A stretch of 63,762 nucleotides of DNA, the filler included, from Chrysochromulina tobinii (taxonomy: Eukaryota): assembly GCA_001275005.1 (NCBI GenBank). It is 10 parts of 10 records of this genome, joined end to end, with 100 filler letters (N's around TTAATTAATTAA, not from the genome) between each part and the next. Parts side by side here need not be neighbours in the genome. Positions count along the whole stretch, not along the records: positions 1 to 3,161 come from JWZX01000584.1; positions 3,262 to 18,018 come from JWZX01000585.1; 8 more parts are not named here. One strand, given 5' to 3'. Positions 1-10,498 of this stretch are shown here, one piece after another (position 1 is the stretch's first letter; every line of letters starts with the position of its first letter). Under the pieces are notes generated by a model. The model was given only the letters and a program-made list of their open reading frames with translations, ran no database searches and had not been told where the DNA came from. Made by a program: the position numbers and the translations under genes.

Positions 1-2
1 AC

Positions 3-3000
3 GGCACCGAGCGCAAAACCCCGGCCCATGACGCTGCCAAGCCATGGCATGCACTCTGGACGACCGGCAACACCACCGCGACGTGCATTGCAGACACCTT
101 CCTCGGCACGCTCGACAGCATGCCTCGCGACGGCGGCGCAAATCTTTTCCACTCGCTCAAGCTGGGCGACGCAAAGAAGCTGCGCATGCAGCACGTGACC
201 TGGCTCAGGGCCAACCCGAACTACCTGTTCCGCACCTCGACTCTTGCCGAGTATGTGTTAGGCGACACGGGCGAACCATGGGTAGAGTACTGTAACCGCA
301 TGCAGCGTGAGCATACGCATGCCAGTCTCCCCGAGCTCGTCGCAGTCGCACAGGTTCAGCGCGTCGGCATCCGCATCTTCGATGACGCCGGTCACGGACG
401 CTTCCACCTCAAGGCCATTCTAGGTGAGGAGTTCATCGTCTCCGACATCAATGCCGCGACGATTGACCTCGTGCACGGGTCAAACCATTACGATTCCCTG
501 TCCAACGTACGACTATTGAAGCCGTGGGAGCACGACGTCGCGTGGACCGAGAAGCTGACGGCGCCCGCGCCGCGCGAGCCCGAGAAGACCGACGTGTCGG
601 CCACGCCCAAGGAGCTGGAGACGACCACGAGTAGGCCCGTGATGCACGCGGAGATGGACCCCGTCATGCACCTTACCACGCACGCGGAGGCGGCCGTATT
701 GAAGCTCCTCGAGCAGCAGCGCCACTCGATGCCACTCGACTTGCACGCGCTCCTCGCGCACCCGGACCCCCTCCCGATGCTCGGGGAGCGTCTCTATAAA
801 CTCATCGAGTGCCACAACGTGACGGTGCCTGGCAAGATCACGGGCATGCTGCTCGACGGGCTGTCCTTGGACGAGCTGCACTCGCTGCTCGTGAACGTGC
901 CCCCCGGAGACGCAGCCGCCGAGATCGCCTCATGGATCGACACCGCACTCCAAGTCTTACATGAGGCCGCCGAGGGTGCCGCCATTTCTCCGGGCGAGAC
1001 GACCAAGGAGCCGAAGGCGCCAGCCGCCGAACTCCCTAAGGTGCACGGCGAGCTTGCTGCATGTGAGGAGCCCGAGTGCCTTGAGGAGTGCGAGCCGCGA
1101 GCGACGCGTGAGGCACGCACAGGACTGGCCGCACACGAGGCGACCGACCAGACCGTCAAGCGCAAGGCCGAGCACGAGACGCTCGATCAGCTCGCTGCAC
1201 CCAAGAAGACCAAGAAGACACGATCCACAGCGTGGAAACTGCGTAAGGCACGCCGAGCGCGAGATGCACGCAAGACCCGCAAAGTCGAAGCGCGCGAGCT
1301 ACAGCAAATGCAAGTGCATGACGCGCAGCGAGCACTCGCATCGCAGCAGCTCGAAGTACGACAAGCCCGTGAGCAACACGAGGCATGGAAGAGGCGCGAC
1401 GAGATGCGCGAGTTCAACAAGGAATTCGCGCTGCCCGAAGCCTGGCCGAGACCGGAAGTTTGCGAATGGAAGCCTATCTTCGTGACGAGGGAAGTCAGCA
1501 AGATGCAGGCGAACGATGAGCGGGCGACCCACGTGCGACTCCTGTTCACTGCCATTAGCACTCCCACGCCATCCCTACTCGGCATCGCACTGTACGCATC
1601 CATTTTGCACTCGACGCCGCATGCGCCCTACCTACGAGGGGCAGCCCCGAGAGTGTTCGGCGAGGCCACGCCGAAGGCGAAGGCCGATGAGGAGAAAGAT
1701 GCGGAGTCGGCAGGCAACCCGAAACCCTACTTTCCCCCCAACTCGGTGAGCGCACGCCACATTCGCTGCTCACCAGTGGGGCACCGGGGCACCGTTGGTG
1801 GCAGCCCCAAGGAACGTCATCATCAGATCGTAGCCGCCATCAAATCCCATCGGTGCAAGCATACGATGGTCGTTATCCCGCGATCCAGCCGAAGCCCTTG
1901 GTACTACGTGTCCCTGCAGCGCCTGCAACGCCTACAATGCCGTAAGCCTGCTGGCCCAATCGAAGCCAAGTGCCACGAACAGCCTCTACAACCGCGACGT
2001 CGCCGCATCCGCGAAGCCCGCAGGACTTCGAGGAGGCAGCGCGCTTGCGCCGAGGCCCCCTGCGCCCGGCCCCGCGCCGCCCCGTACAGCATTTCCTGCC
2101 CTCCGGCCAGCTGCCGCACCACGACCAACGCGGCGCTCCGTGCAACGATCGCCCCAATGAGCGGCATGACAGTCCAACTGTCCATCGCTCTCTGGGACAC
2201 TCCGGCGCCGATCACAGCCACGAGGGTTGCCCCCATGCACCACGACGCCACCCACGCCGCTGGCCCCACGACGCCCCAGGCGACTGTTGCCGCGCTCGAA
2301 GGTGTACCGCCCCCGATCGCAGTGCCCGCTGTCGTGCCCGGATTGCCCGTAGCGCCGCCCCCGGTCGGCATGATCTTGCGCCTCCGAGGCGCTGGCCGCC
2401 GCCGCACCCCGACACCAGAGCCCACGCAGGCGCAGCCCGTGGTCGACCCCTCGGGCGTACCAGCTGGCCCTACCCACGGAGATTGCCCCCCACCCCACTT
2501 CGGCCTCGGCACGATCTGCGGAGCCCTGCAGATGACTTACTCCCTCACGCACCTCACGACCGACAGCAACGGGCCGCAAGGAGGAACCTCTGTACGGCAT
2601 GGCGCCGGCCTCGAGTGCCTCTCGGACCACGACTATGAGGCAGCATTCAGCCACCTCATTAACCACTCGGGATGCCTGCCGGACGAACCACGGATTGTCC
2701 CCGAACTCGCACACCACCCACAGATCGCCGCAATACTGCGCGCACTCGACGTCGGCGGAGTCCACTCCTTCCCCACGCGAGCGCCGGAGGCTGATCAGAG
2801 ACGACCTCGGCCCGCCGCACTCCCCACCTGCAGCATCGCCGCCATAGTCCATACCAAATGGGCCGACCCGATCTGCACCGGCCGCCCCTCCGTGGATCCA
2901 GACTACCCGGTCGTCGCCGCCAGAAGCGACGTGCGCTACGTTGTTGAGGAGGGTGACACTCCGTTCCACCGCACGGCCGAGCTGTACGTTATCTGCAAGG

Positions 3001-3161
3001 CTCTGGCGGAGGCTCTCGTCACCTCGACCGCGCTCGAGAAGCTGCTACTCCTGCCCCTGCTGTACCCCGGCTACGCGCATGCGCACCTGCCGTTCCCGAA
3101 CCACCCGAAAAGGTTCTTGGGGCTCGATGTCATCGGCGAAGGCTTCCGCCGCGTCCTCCTG
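3..3161 (+). CDS. Partial (both ends open) multidomain ORF: OTU-like domain, MLLE/PABC domain, coiled coil and ubiquitin-tail-like LRLRGA motif; probably from a mobile element
   Basis: Frame is open from position 3 to the gap with no introns. OTU-like motifs: DGGANLFHSL, YCNRM, ELVAVAQ..RVGIRIF, HGSNHYDSL (120-510). MLLE signature LGERLYKLI...GKITGMLLD (777-965). LRLRGAG at 2376-2396. Confidence 0.7.
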
Positions 3162-3261
3162 NNNNNNNNNNNNNNNNNNNNNNNNNNNNNNNNNNNNNNN
3201 NNNNNTTAATTAATTAANNNNNNNNNNNNNNNNNNNNNNNNNNNNNNNNNNNNNNNNNNNN
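3162..3261. other. Artificial contig linker (N44-TTAATTAATTAA-N44); identical linkers at 18019-18118, 26272-26371, 35555-35654, 44523-44622, 54856-54955, 57209-57308, 59990-60089, 62136-62235
   Basis: The same 100-nt N-padded spacer carrying stops in all six frames occurs nine times. ORFs are cut off at these points. Confidence 0.98.
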
Positions 3262-6200
3262 CCGCACTGGACGGGGCACGGGCACCACCCCGTAGCCTTC
3301 GGGATTGGCGATCGCGAGATGACCGAGAGCGATCTGCGCCGTGGTGGCATCCACTGCCTGGTGTGGTGCTCGACCGGGTGCGGATGGGAGACGCCAAAGC
3401 CTTCCAGCGATCCAAAGTCCCTGAGCATCCCTGGGCTCTGTGAAGTGCTCACGAGCCTGGAGCCGACCAAGCGGCCCGCCGTCATCTTTGTTGTGATGCC
3501 GTACGGTGCGAGGCGTGCTGCAGGCCAGCTAGCTCACGCCCTTGCAGGCGGCAGCACGCTGGTCGTGTGGATCGCGGAGAACATGCTCGACGAGCAGCGG
3601 GCCAACGGCGTCCTCTTTGGCGTGCTCGCTCCGGCTTTGCAGTCGCTTCATGAGCCTTGGATCAACGGTCTCTCCCGCAGCGAGTTCACATCCGAGGTGC
3701 TGCACAAATCGGGGCAGATGGTCTTTGGCTCGCAGTGGGATGCGGCCGACTGCCTTGACGTGTCGACGACAGTTCCGCAGCTGCGCTGGGCGCCGTCGAG
3801 CCTGCCGCAGGACCGCCCGTGGGTGCATAATCTCACCTCGTCGTTTGAAGGAATGGCACTGCCGAGGGACGGTGCGGTGCAAACTAGGCGGATGATGGGC
3901 ACAGACGACGACAAGGGCGAGCAGCGTTACCTCGAGGTGCAACTCATAGTGCGCGAGAATGGCAAGGAGATCGATGTGCCGCAACTGTTTGCGAGGGAGG
4001 ATGGCCAAACGCCTGAGATTGTCTTTGCTTGGCTGGCAAAGGCACTACCCAACGGGGATGCGAAGAACGTGACTGCCCTGTATTCTCACGAGGTCAAGAG
4101 GGCTTCCGGTGGTTGGATGAGCACGCTGCAGGTGCGGCTGATGATCGGCGAGGTGGGCTATCTGCACCAGCTGCGCGACTTGGCGCTGACGGGTGCGCCA
4201 AGTATACTGGAGAAAGAGCTGAGCAGTGCATTGCTCGACGGCCGTCGCTACGAGGTCTCTGTGGACCGTGCGCAGTTTGCTCTGTCCTACGAGGAGAGTG
4301 TCTTATCACTCGATAAGCTCACCGTGCACCAGAAAGAGAAGCTCCGAGAGTGCTACGGCACGGCCGAGTCCAACCCGCTCCATCGTCTGCTTCGCCGCTC
4401 GCAAGAGCTCTTCGACGGCACGGCCACACCAAGCTACATCCACGTCGAGGCTCCTGCAGGGGCGGGCAAGACCTTTGTGGCGCTCAACTACCTGCTTAGC
4501 CGGCTGCAGAGCCATCCGACTATGACGGCGCTGTACGTTGCGCGGAACCGTGCCCTCTGCCTCTTTTTCGTCCGCTGGATCATCAAACGCGAGCCCAACC
4601 CGCTCAATCGTCTGGGACTGCTGCGCCGCTTGCAAGTGCTCTTCGAGGGCGACGAGCGTGAGCCTCCGTTTGCACTTGGCCCGCAGCGAGTCATGCTCAA
4701 AAATGGCGTCATCCAGGTTGAGTCATCTCACTCGGACACGCACAATTTCAGCCTGACGATCGTCGACGAGGCGCATCATATTTACACAAACCCTCTGTGC
4801 CGCGAGTGCGTCGGGGCCTATGTGCTGCCGCCGACAGAGGCGAGACACCTCATGCTGCTCTCAGACATCTCGCAGTCGAGTGGCAAGGACAAGGAGCTCT
4901 ATCCCAAGGGAAAGCCGAAGGTTGTCACGCTCACGGAGGTCGTGCGCTCCTCGCAGCGCATCGTTGAGGCGGCCTCTGTATTCCAGCTGGGCGACTCCGT
5001 GCACAAGATCTCATGCCAGCACTCGGCAGCCGGCCCCCCGCTCAAGGCCTTCATGTTCAACCTCGAAGGCGCGGTACCAGATGCGGTGCCATTGATGAAG
5101 GACCTCAATGACGGCCAGGTCCGCCAATACGCTGGCCAGACCGTTGAGGCCATCAAGCACATCATCTCGATGTTCGGCTCCCTGCGGCTGCACGACCGCG
5201 TTGCGATCGTCGTCGACGTTGACATACTGAATGACTTCCGAGGCACCTTTTCCGCGGGGGCATACCAGGGTGGCTTGCTCGGTGCAGAGCTGCTTGAGCA
5301 CTTTATGAGGCGAGAGTCGGCGACGAAGCAGCAGATTGAGGCTGGGCACGCCCGATCCTTTCAGATCATCGACGCGACGCAGGCGGCATCGATGGTGATG
5401 GGCGGCAGCCAGGACGATCGCGAGTGGCTGATCGTGGACACGATCGAGGCGTTCGATGGGCTGGAGAGGCTCGTCGTGATCGCCGTAGGCCTCGATGCCA
5501 AGATTGTCCAAGGTGACAAGACGCTCAAGACACGATCGTTACTCTACCGAGCGATGACTCGCGCGCACATGCTCGCCATCGTCGTTCAGCACAACATCCC
5601 CGGCGGCTTCTTTGCCTTCCTCCATCAAGTCAAGCTCGATCCTTCTGCTGAATTTGATGCCGCGAAGGCGCAAAAGGCGCGCGACAGCACGGCGCTCAAC
5701 AAGGTGATGACAAAGGGAAAGGCGTCCTCAGCCACAGAGCAAGCCGAGATGACCGTCCCATCATTGTCGACCGCAGTTCGAAGCCTCTTTAGCCGATTGG
5801 TGGGGAAAGTCGAGGTGAACTTTCCAGCATTGTCAACCACAGTTCGAAGCCTCTTCAGCCGATTGGTGGGGAAAGCCTCTTCAGCCGTTGCTGGTAGTGA
5901 CGCGGCCGCAGACAGGGCTGCGCTCGAGGCCGGCGAAAAGAAGGTGGCGACCTTGTATCTCACCACGCTCGGCCACCTCATCTGCGCCTCGCTGTTGCTC
6001 GCCAAGTGGGAATCGCTAGAGGACCTCAATGGCGGCCCGCTCAACGGCACGCGCTTCGATAGCCTGCCGACCCACGACGCTCCGGGCCTCTCCTGGTTCA
6101 GCGTCTTTGTGCCCTCGTGGATCGCTGAGCTCATCGTGGTTGGGATGGCGATCTGGTCCGTCATGTTACTGCCGTCGACGGCGCGCAACCTGCGCATCCA

Positions 6201-9200
6201 GCACATCAACACGATCGCGCAGACGATTCTGTGCGCGCTCTTCCAGCTGCTCTTAGCTATCCGGCTCACCACCCAGCGTGGCTCGTGGCTGGTCGTCTTC
6301 TCGCCATGGTACGCATCGATGCTCGTACAGGTCTTCTTACACTGCCGCAAGATTCCTGATGCCGCCGGATTATTCCGCGGCTTGCGGCCAGGCTTACCGA
6401 TCGGTTTCCGGCAAGTGCTCGCCCTCATGTTCTCGATTCCCATGGAGAATTATTTCCACTCAGACTATTTGGACTACTCGGGGCCCCAGCTGAACTACTC
6501 ATACTCATACCCAGAGAACTTGACAGCTTTACTTTTGGAGTCCTCGACTACAGCTGTTGATTTCTCCCAGACTTTGACAGATGAACCTATGGTGATCAAC
6601 ACGGTCTTTCCTTATGTTGTGACTGCGCTACTGACTGCGCTTGTGACTGCGATACTGACTCTGCTATGGCTCAAAAAACAACTACTCAGGTCAAGACTCG
6701 CTTTTCAAAAATTCCTTTGGGTATACTCAACCGTCGTGTCCTTTACTTCCTCATTCGGTTTGTTTTTCCGCCTCCCAGAGGGTTTACAAGGCATAGTATC
6801 CGCGCGCGGCGTCCTTGAGCCGTACATCATCGTAGAGTCCATCCCGCTGCTGCTTGGGTGCGTGTGGCTCGCAATCATCTCGTTCTCGTCGGTGCAGCGC
6901 GAGCGCAGCGGCCTGGGCACGCGTGGAGCATCACTGAGCTCTATCCGAGTGGAGCGCGTAGTGGCCGAGGGAGGCAAAACCTCTTCAAACAACGCTGGTA
7001 GCGGCGCAGCCTCTTCAGCCAACGCTTGTAGCTGCGCGGCCTCTTCAGCCAGTGCTGGCAACGGCGCGGCCTCTTCAGCCAGTGCTGGCAGCGGCGCGGC
7101 CTCTTCAGACAACGCTGGTAGCGGCGCAGCCTCTTCAGCCAGTGCTGGTAGCGGCGCAGCGCATGGAGAGAAGAATCTCACCAAGCAGACGATTTGGGAT
7201 ACAAGCAGCATCGAAGAGTCTGAGGAGGTGGAGGCGGGTTCAGTCGAGTTGAATCCCTTTGCTGCCGCAAAGACGACGGAAGGGATCGACGCGCCGATTG
7301 AGGCCGCCCTCCGCGACGGCGCAGTGCGCCTCATCGACGTTGCCTGGCTGTTGGATTCCGATCGCTCGGATAAGCAGCTGCCGCGCGTCACCAAGGTGGT
7401 GGCACGCCTCGCTTCTAACGAGCCGACGGACGTGCTGATTCGGCAGTTGGCGAAGCTCTGCGGGACCTCGTCCATCTGCATCACGGTGGAGGCGGCCTCG
7501 GCAGCCTCGCCGCCCCCCTCGCCGCCTCCCTCTCCTCCGGAGGTGGCTGCCCCGGCGGAGGTGCAGCTCGAGCGCTTCAGGCACGAGCTGGCCGAAGCGG
7601 GCCTCTCGCAGCTCGCGCACGCGATCATTGACGATCTTGGCATCGAATCTGTGGAAGGGCTCTGCGACTTCACATTCAACGAGCTCAAGGAGCGCCTGAA
7701 GGCCGAGGCCGGCGTGACACTCGACCTGGGGCATTCACAGAAGCTGAAGGCGTTCCTCGCCGCATCGCCTAGTGGCACGTCGGAAGAGCGCATGGCCGGT
7801 GGGCCGAAGGTGGCGTTCTCCGCCCACGGGCTGCAGCCAGATGCGAAGCGGAGGTGCAGCACGAAGCACGCCGATGCCAAGCTCACGCGCAGCCTCACAT
7901 CGTCGGCGATGCTCAGAGCTCAGGTCAAGAACGCCGAGGCCGGCGAGGGCGACGTTGAGTCTCCGCACCTTGATACCTCGTCCGCAGCCAGCAGCCTCGG
8001 CTCTGGCCGTTTCCATTCGCGTCGCAGGAGAGATTCCTTTGCGGAAGACCTGACGATGGAGGCGGCCTCGAAGTCGGAGCATCCATCCGGCAAAATGACG
8101 GCGCGCGCCGTAGTGTCGGCAAAGCTGCGGCGACAAAACGAGACGAGACTGCCGAAGCCTGGGGCATTGGGTTCCGGCCGGATGGACCATAATCATGGTA
8201 TTGGCCTCGAGGACCTCGACTCTCGCCCAGCACCCTTCGAACGAGGTGCATCTGCGACGCGCAAGACTCCAAATGGACAGCTCGATGCCCATGAGAAATC
8301 ATTTGTGGTCACCTTCCACCTCAGCACGTTTGCCGAGGTCGCCCCGCTCACCGCAGCCGGCCTGTGCCGCAAAGCCGAGGCGGTGAAGGAGAGGCTGGCT
8401 GAGCTTGGGGCCGAGGACATCAACATAGTCATGGGAAAGCCCTTTCTGCCACGCTGCCAGGACATGCCGCCGGAAGCCTTCCTGTCCCCCGAGCGCGCCG
8501 CGGACCTCTATGCGCGGGGGCGCCGCGGCGTTTACGTGTCCAGCTGTTGCTGGCGCACTTCTGACTTGCCCGACCCCGATGGCCGCACGCTCGAAAAGTT
8601 GCGCGGCTACATGAAAGGCAGACACGGCGAGTACGGTCTCTTTGTGGACTTTGCTTGCACGCCGCAGATCTTTGCGTGGCCGTCGTGGCACGCCCCGGAG
8701 GCGATCTCGCGGCGCTTTGGCGCCGAGGTGAGCCAGGGCCCGCTCACCGTGCTCAAGTTTGAGTGCGAGCGCGTCGCCACGGAGGTCGAGGCGCAGGTTT
8801 GCGTCGACAAGCTCGTCTCCCTGTGCTCGCAACAGGGCTGGGCGCTGGCCTCCATGGCGGACTTTGAGAGCCTCGGCCTACACTCGCGCGACTACGGCAG
8901 TGCGCTCTTCCACGGGCGTTACGTCAGAGGCGCGTACCGCTTCGACGAGGATGAGGAAGCATTGCCTGCAGAAGGCTACGTGCGCTTCCGCACGGAGGGC
9001 GACGCGCGCGCGGCATGGCGCCATCCCGAGCTCAAGCGCTTGTGCGGCGGCAAGGAGCCAGAGCTGATGGGCGAGCACGTCTTCGAGAATGAGCTCAAGT
9101 TTGAACGCGGCCTCTCTGTCATGCCCTGCCTCTTCGCGTCCGCCACAGGCACCTGTGTGCTGCAGTTCACGGACCAGCCTGGCGAGCTCGGTAGTGACGA

Positions 9201-9861
9201 CGGCGCGCCGAGCGAGCTCGTCTCCGAGCGCACGGGGACCGTCTTCGTCGTGCGCACCAACACGTCGCTCGAGGAGCTGCGGAAGGAGCTGGGCGACGGC
9301 GTGCTAGCCTGGGAGAAGAAGGGGTGGGGTGAGTTTGTGGTGCGTGTCGCTGGCGAGACGGCGGCACGCGCCGTGCGCTCGTTGAACGAGCGCGGCTACC
9401 CGCTCCGTCGCAAGGATCGCGTGGTGTACCCAATGTACAACTTGCGGCCGTACCGCTCTCGCGGCTGGCCAGTCTTTGATACGGCCGTCGCCTCGATTGT
9501 GGTCGCGTACGTCACGCAGCACAAACGGCAAGGCAAGCCGCTTCCGGATCTCGTCGCGCGGGCGGAGGCGAGCAGTCCAAAGTTCATCAACATCGACGTG
9601 ATCGGCGCACCGCGTGTGGTGGAGGTCACGCAGTCGCCGGAGCGCCTCCTCCGCGCGTGCATAGAGAAACTGAGCTCCAATAGGATCGTTTTCACCGGGA
9701 ATGTCCAGCTTCGGCAGGTGTCCAGCTTCGTCCAGCTGCTTTCCGACTTAGAAGCCTCGATCGCGGTCGAGGTGACCGGGAGCGCGCCAGCACCTCTGAG
9801 GAGCCCGCGATCCCAGAACATGGTGTTGGCGGAGAACATGATGAACTTCATTTCGAGCTGA
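3262..9861 (+). CDS. Giant (>2180 aa, 5'-partial) protein: SF1/UvrD-like (Schlafen-type) helicase, multi-TM segment, SAM-like domain and split HET-like domain
   Basis: Helicase motifs: Walker A APAGAGKT (4450-4473), IVDEAHH, LTEVVRSSQRI, DTIEAFDGLER, YRAMTRA. Hydrophobic helices with SWFSVFVPSW and SWLVVFSPWY (TMEM185-like). SAM-like LAEAGLSQLAHAIIDDLGIESVEGL. HET-like SCCW..PDPDG, FVDFAC, YRSRGWPVFD. Confidence 0.8.
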   Translation, partial: PHWTGHGHHPVAFGIGDREMTESDLRRGGIHCLVWCSTGCGWETPKPSSDPKSLSIPGLCEVLTSLEPTKRPAVIFVVMPYGARRAAGQLAHALAGGSTLVVWIAENMLDEQRANGVLFGVLAPALQSLHEPWINGLSRSEFTSEVLHKSGQMVFGSQWDAADCLDVSTTVPQLRWAPSSLPQDRPWVHNLTSSFEGMALPRDGAVQTRRMMGTDDDKGEQRYLEVQLIVRENGKEIDVPQLFAREDGQTPEIVFAWLAKALPNGDAKNVTALYSHEVKRASGGWMSTLQVRLMIGEVGYLHQLRDLALTGAPSILEKELSSALLDGRRYEVSVDRAQFALSYEESVLSLDKLTVHQKEKLRECYGTAESNPLHRLLRRSQELFDGTATPSYIHVEAPAGAGKTFVALNYLLSRLQSHPTMTALYVARNRALCLFFVRWIIKREPNPLNRLGLLRRLQVLFEGDEREPPFALGPQRVMLKNGVIQVESSHSDTHNFSLTIVDEAHHIYTNPLCRECVGAYVLPPTEARHLMLLSDISQSSGKDKELYPKGKPKVVTLTEVVRSSQRIVEAASVFQLGDSVHKISCQHSAAGPPLKAFMFNLEGAVPDAVPLMKDLNDGQVRQYAGQTVEAIKHIISMFGSLRLHDRVAIVVDVDILNDFRGTFSAGAYQGGLLGAELLEHFMRRESATKQQIEAGHARSFQIIDATQAASMVMGGSQDDREWLIVDTIEAFDGLERLVVIAVGLDAKIVQGDKTLKTRSLLYRAMTRAHMLAIVVQHNIPGGFFAFLHQVKLDPSAEFDAAKAQKARDSTALNKVMTKGKASSATEQAEMTVPSLSTAVRSLFSRLVGKVEVNFPALSTTVRSLFSRLVGKASSAVAGSDAAADRAALEAGEKKVATLYLTTLGHLICASLLLAKWESLEDLNGGPLNGTRFDSLPTHDAPGLSWFSVFVPSWIAELIVVGMAIWSVMLLPSTARNLRIQHINTIAQTILCALFQLLLAIRLTTQRGSWLVVFSPWYASMLVQVFLHCRKIPDAAGLFRGLRPGLPIGFRQVLALMFSIPMENYFHSDYLDYSGPQLNYSYSYPENLTALLLESSTTAVDFSQTLTDEPMVINTVFPYVVTALLTALVTAILTLLWLKKQLLRSRLAFQKFLWVYSTVVSFTSSFGLFFRLPEGLQGIVSARGVLEPYIIVESIPLLLGCVWLAIISFSSVQRERSGLGTRGASLSSIRVERVVAEGGKTSSNNAGSGAASSANACSCAASSASAGNGAASSASAGSGAASSDNAGSGAASSASAGSGAAHGEKNLTKQTIWDTSSIEESEEVEAGSVELNPFAAAKTTEGIDAPIEAALRDGAVRLIDVAWLLDSDRSDKQLPRVTKVVARLASNEPTDVLIRQLAKLCGTSSICITVEAASAASPPPSPPPSPPEVAAPAEVQLERFRHELAEAGLSQLAHAIIDDLGIESVEGLCDFTFNELKERLKAEAGVTLDLGHSQKLKAFLAASPSGTSEERMAGGPKVAFSAHGLQPDAKRRCSTKHADAKLTRSLTSSAMLRAQVKNAEAGEGDVESPHLDTSSAASSLGSGRFHSRRRRDSFAEDLTMEAASKSEHPSGKMTARAVVSAKLRRQNETRLPKPGALGSGRMDHNHGIGLEDLDSRPAPFERGASATRKTPNGQLDAHEKSFVVTFHLSTFAEVAPLTAAGLCRKAEAVKERLAELGAEDINIVMGKPFLPRCQDMPPEAFLSPERAADLYARGRRGVYVSSCCWRTSDLPDPDGRTLEKLRGYMKGRHGEYGLFVDFACTPQIFAWPSWHAPEAISRRFGAEVSQGPLTVLKFECERVATEVEAQVCVDKLVSLCSQQGWALASMADFESLGLHSRDYGSALFHGRYVRGAYRFDEDEEALPAEGYVRFRTEGDARAAWRHPELKRLCGGKEPELMGEHVFENELKFERGLSVMPCLFASATGTCVLQFTDQPGELGSDDGAPSELVSERTGTVFVVRTNTSLEELRKELGDGVLAWEKKGWGEFVVRVAGETAARAVRSLNERGYPLRRKDRVVYPMYNLRPYRSRGWPVFDTAVASIVVAYVTQHKRQGKPLPDLVARAEASSPKFINIDVIGAPRVVEVTQSPERLLRACIEKLSSNRIVFTGNVQLRQVSSFVQLLSDLEASIAVEVTGSAPAPLRSPRSQNMVLAENMMNFISS
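6981..7160 (+). repeat. 30-bp coding tandem repeat (about 6 units, SSASAGSGAA-like)
   Basis: Repeated CCTCTTCAGCCAGTGCTGGCAGCGGCGCGG-like units. Confidence 0.85.
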
Positions 9862-10093
9862 GGGCCACTTAGGTGAGGCCCGACGGAGCCACGTGGACCG
9901 CGGGGCACGCGTGGGACGAGGTGCGGGTCCTATCGCCGCCGTCCGGACTCAAGCTTGAGGGCGGCTCGCTGGCCGGAGATCGTGCCAAGTTCCTTTTCGT
10001 CAACGGCAAGCTTGTCAACGGTCGGCCGGCATGGCAGCACACCGTGGTTGCGTCGCTCTGGATTGTATTCGACGGCGCTTGCTGGATGGGGCA

Positions 10094-10240
10094 GGCGGCT
10101 TCTTTGCATTCCTCCATCAAGTCGCGCTCGACGAGTCTGCTGAATTTGATGCCGCGATGGCGAAAAGGGGGCGCAACAGCACGGCGCTCAACAAGATGAT
10201 GACAAAGGCATCCTCCGCAGAGCCACAGAGCCACAGAGCC
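10094..10240 (+). repeat. Diverged duplicate of the post-helicase segment (5602-5740) lying downstream of the gene
   Basis: GGFFAFLHQVALDESAEFDAAMAKRGRNSTALNKMMTK here versus GGFFAFLHQVKLDPSAEFDAAKAQKARDSTALNKVMTK in the gene. Confidence 0.85.
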
Positions 10241-10498
10241 ACATACACGAAAGGGCATACATGTACATGTTCATGCAGAATTCACATAGCCGGCACTGCG
10301 AGCCACGACAGCGTGACGAGTATTTACTCTTGGTTATGGGCCAGAGCTAAAACTTGAACTTGAATTTTCGCACTCATGTAAGGTGTGTGTATTCTGAGCG
10401 GGCAGTAACAGTGCCGTAGACCGGCTGTCGCGTCTGTCGTGTTCACGTTCACACATGTGGACGAAGATTCCCCGAACTAAAGTCGTGAATCTCGGAAA

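Noticed and set aside
3206..3217. Recurring TTAATTAATTAA palindrome as a biological repeat
   Set aside because: It is always centred in N runs, so it is an artificial contig-joining spacer. Neighbouring contigs must not be read as linked.
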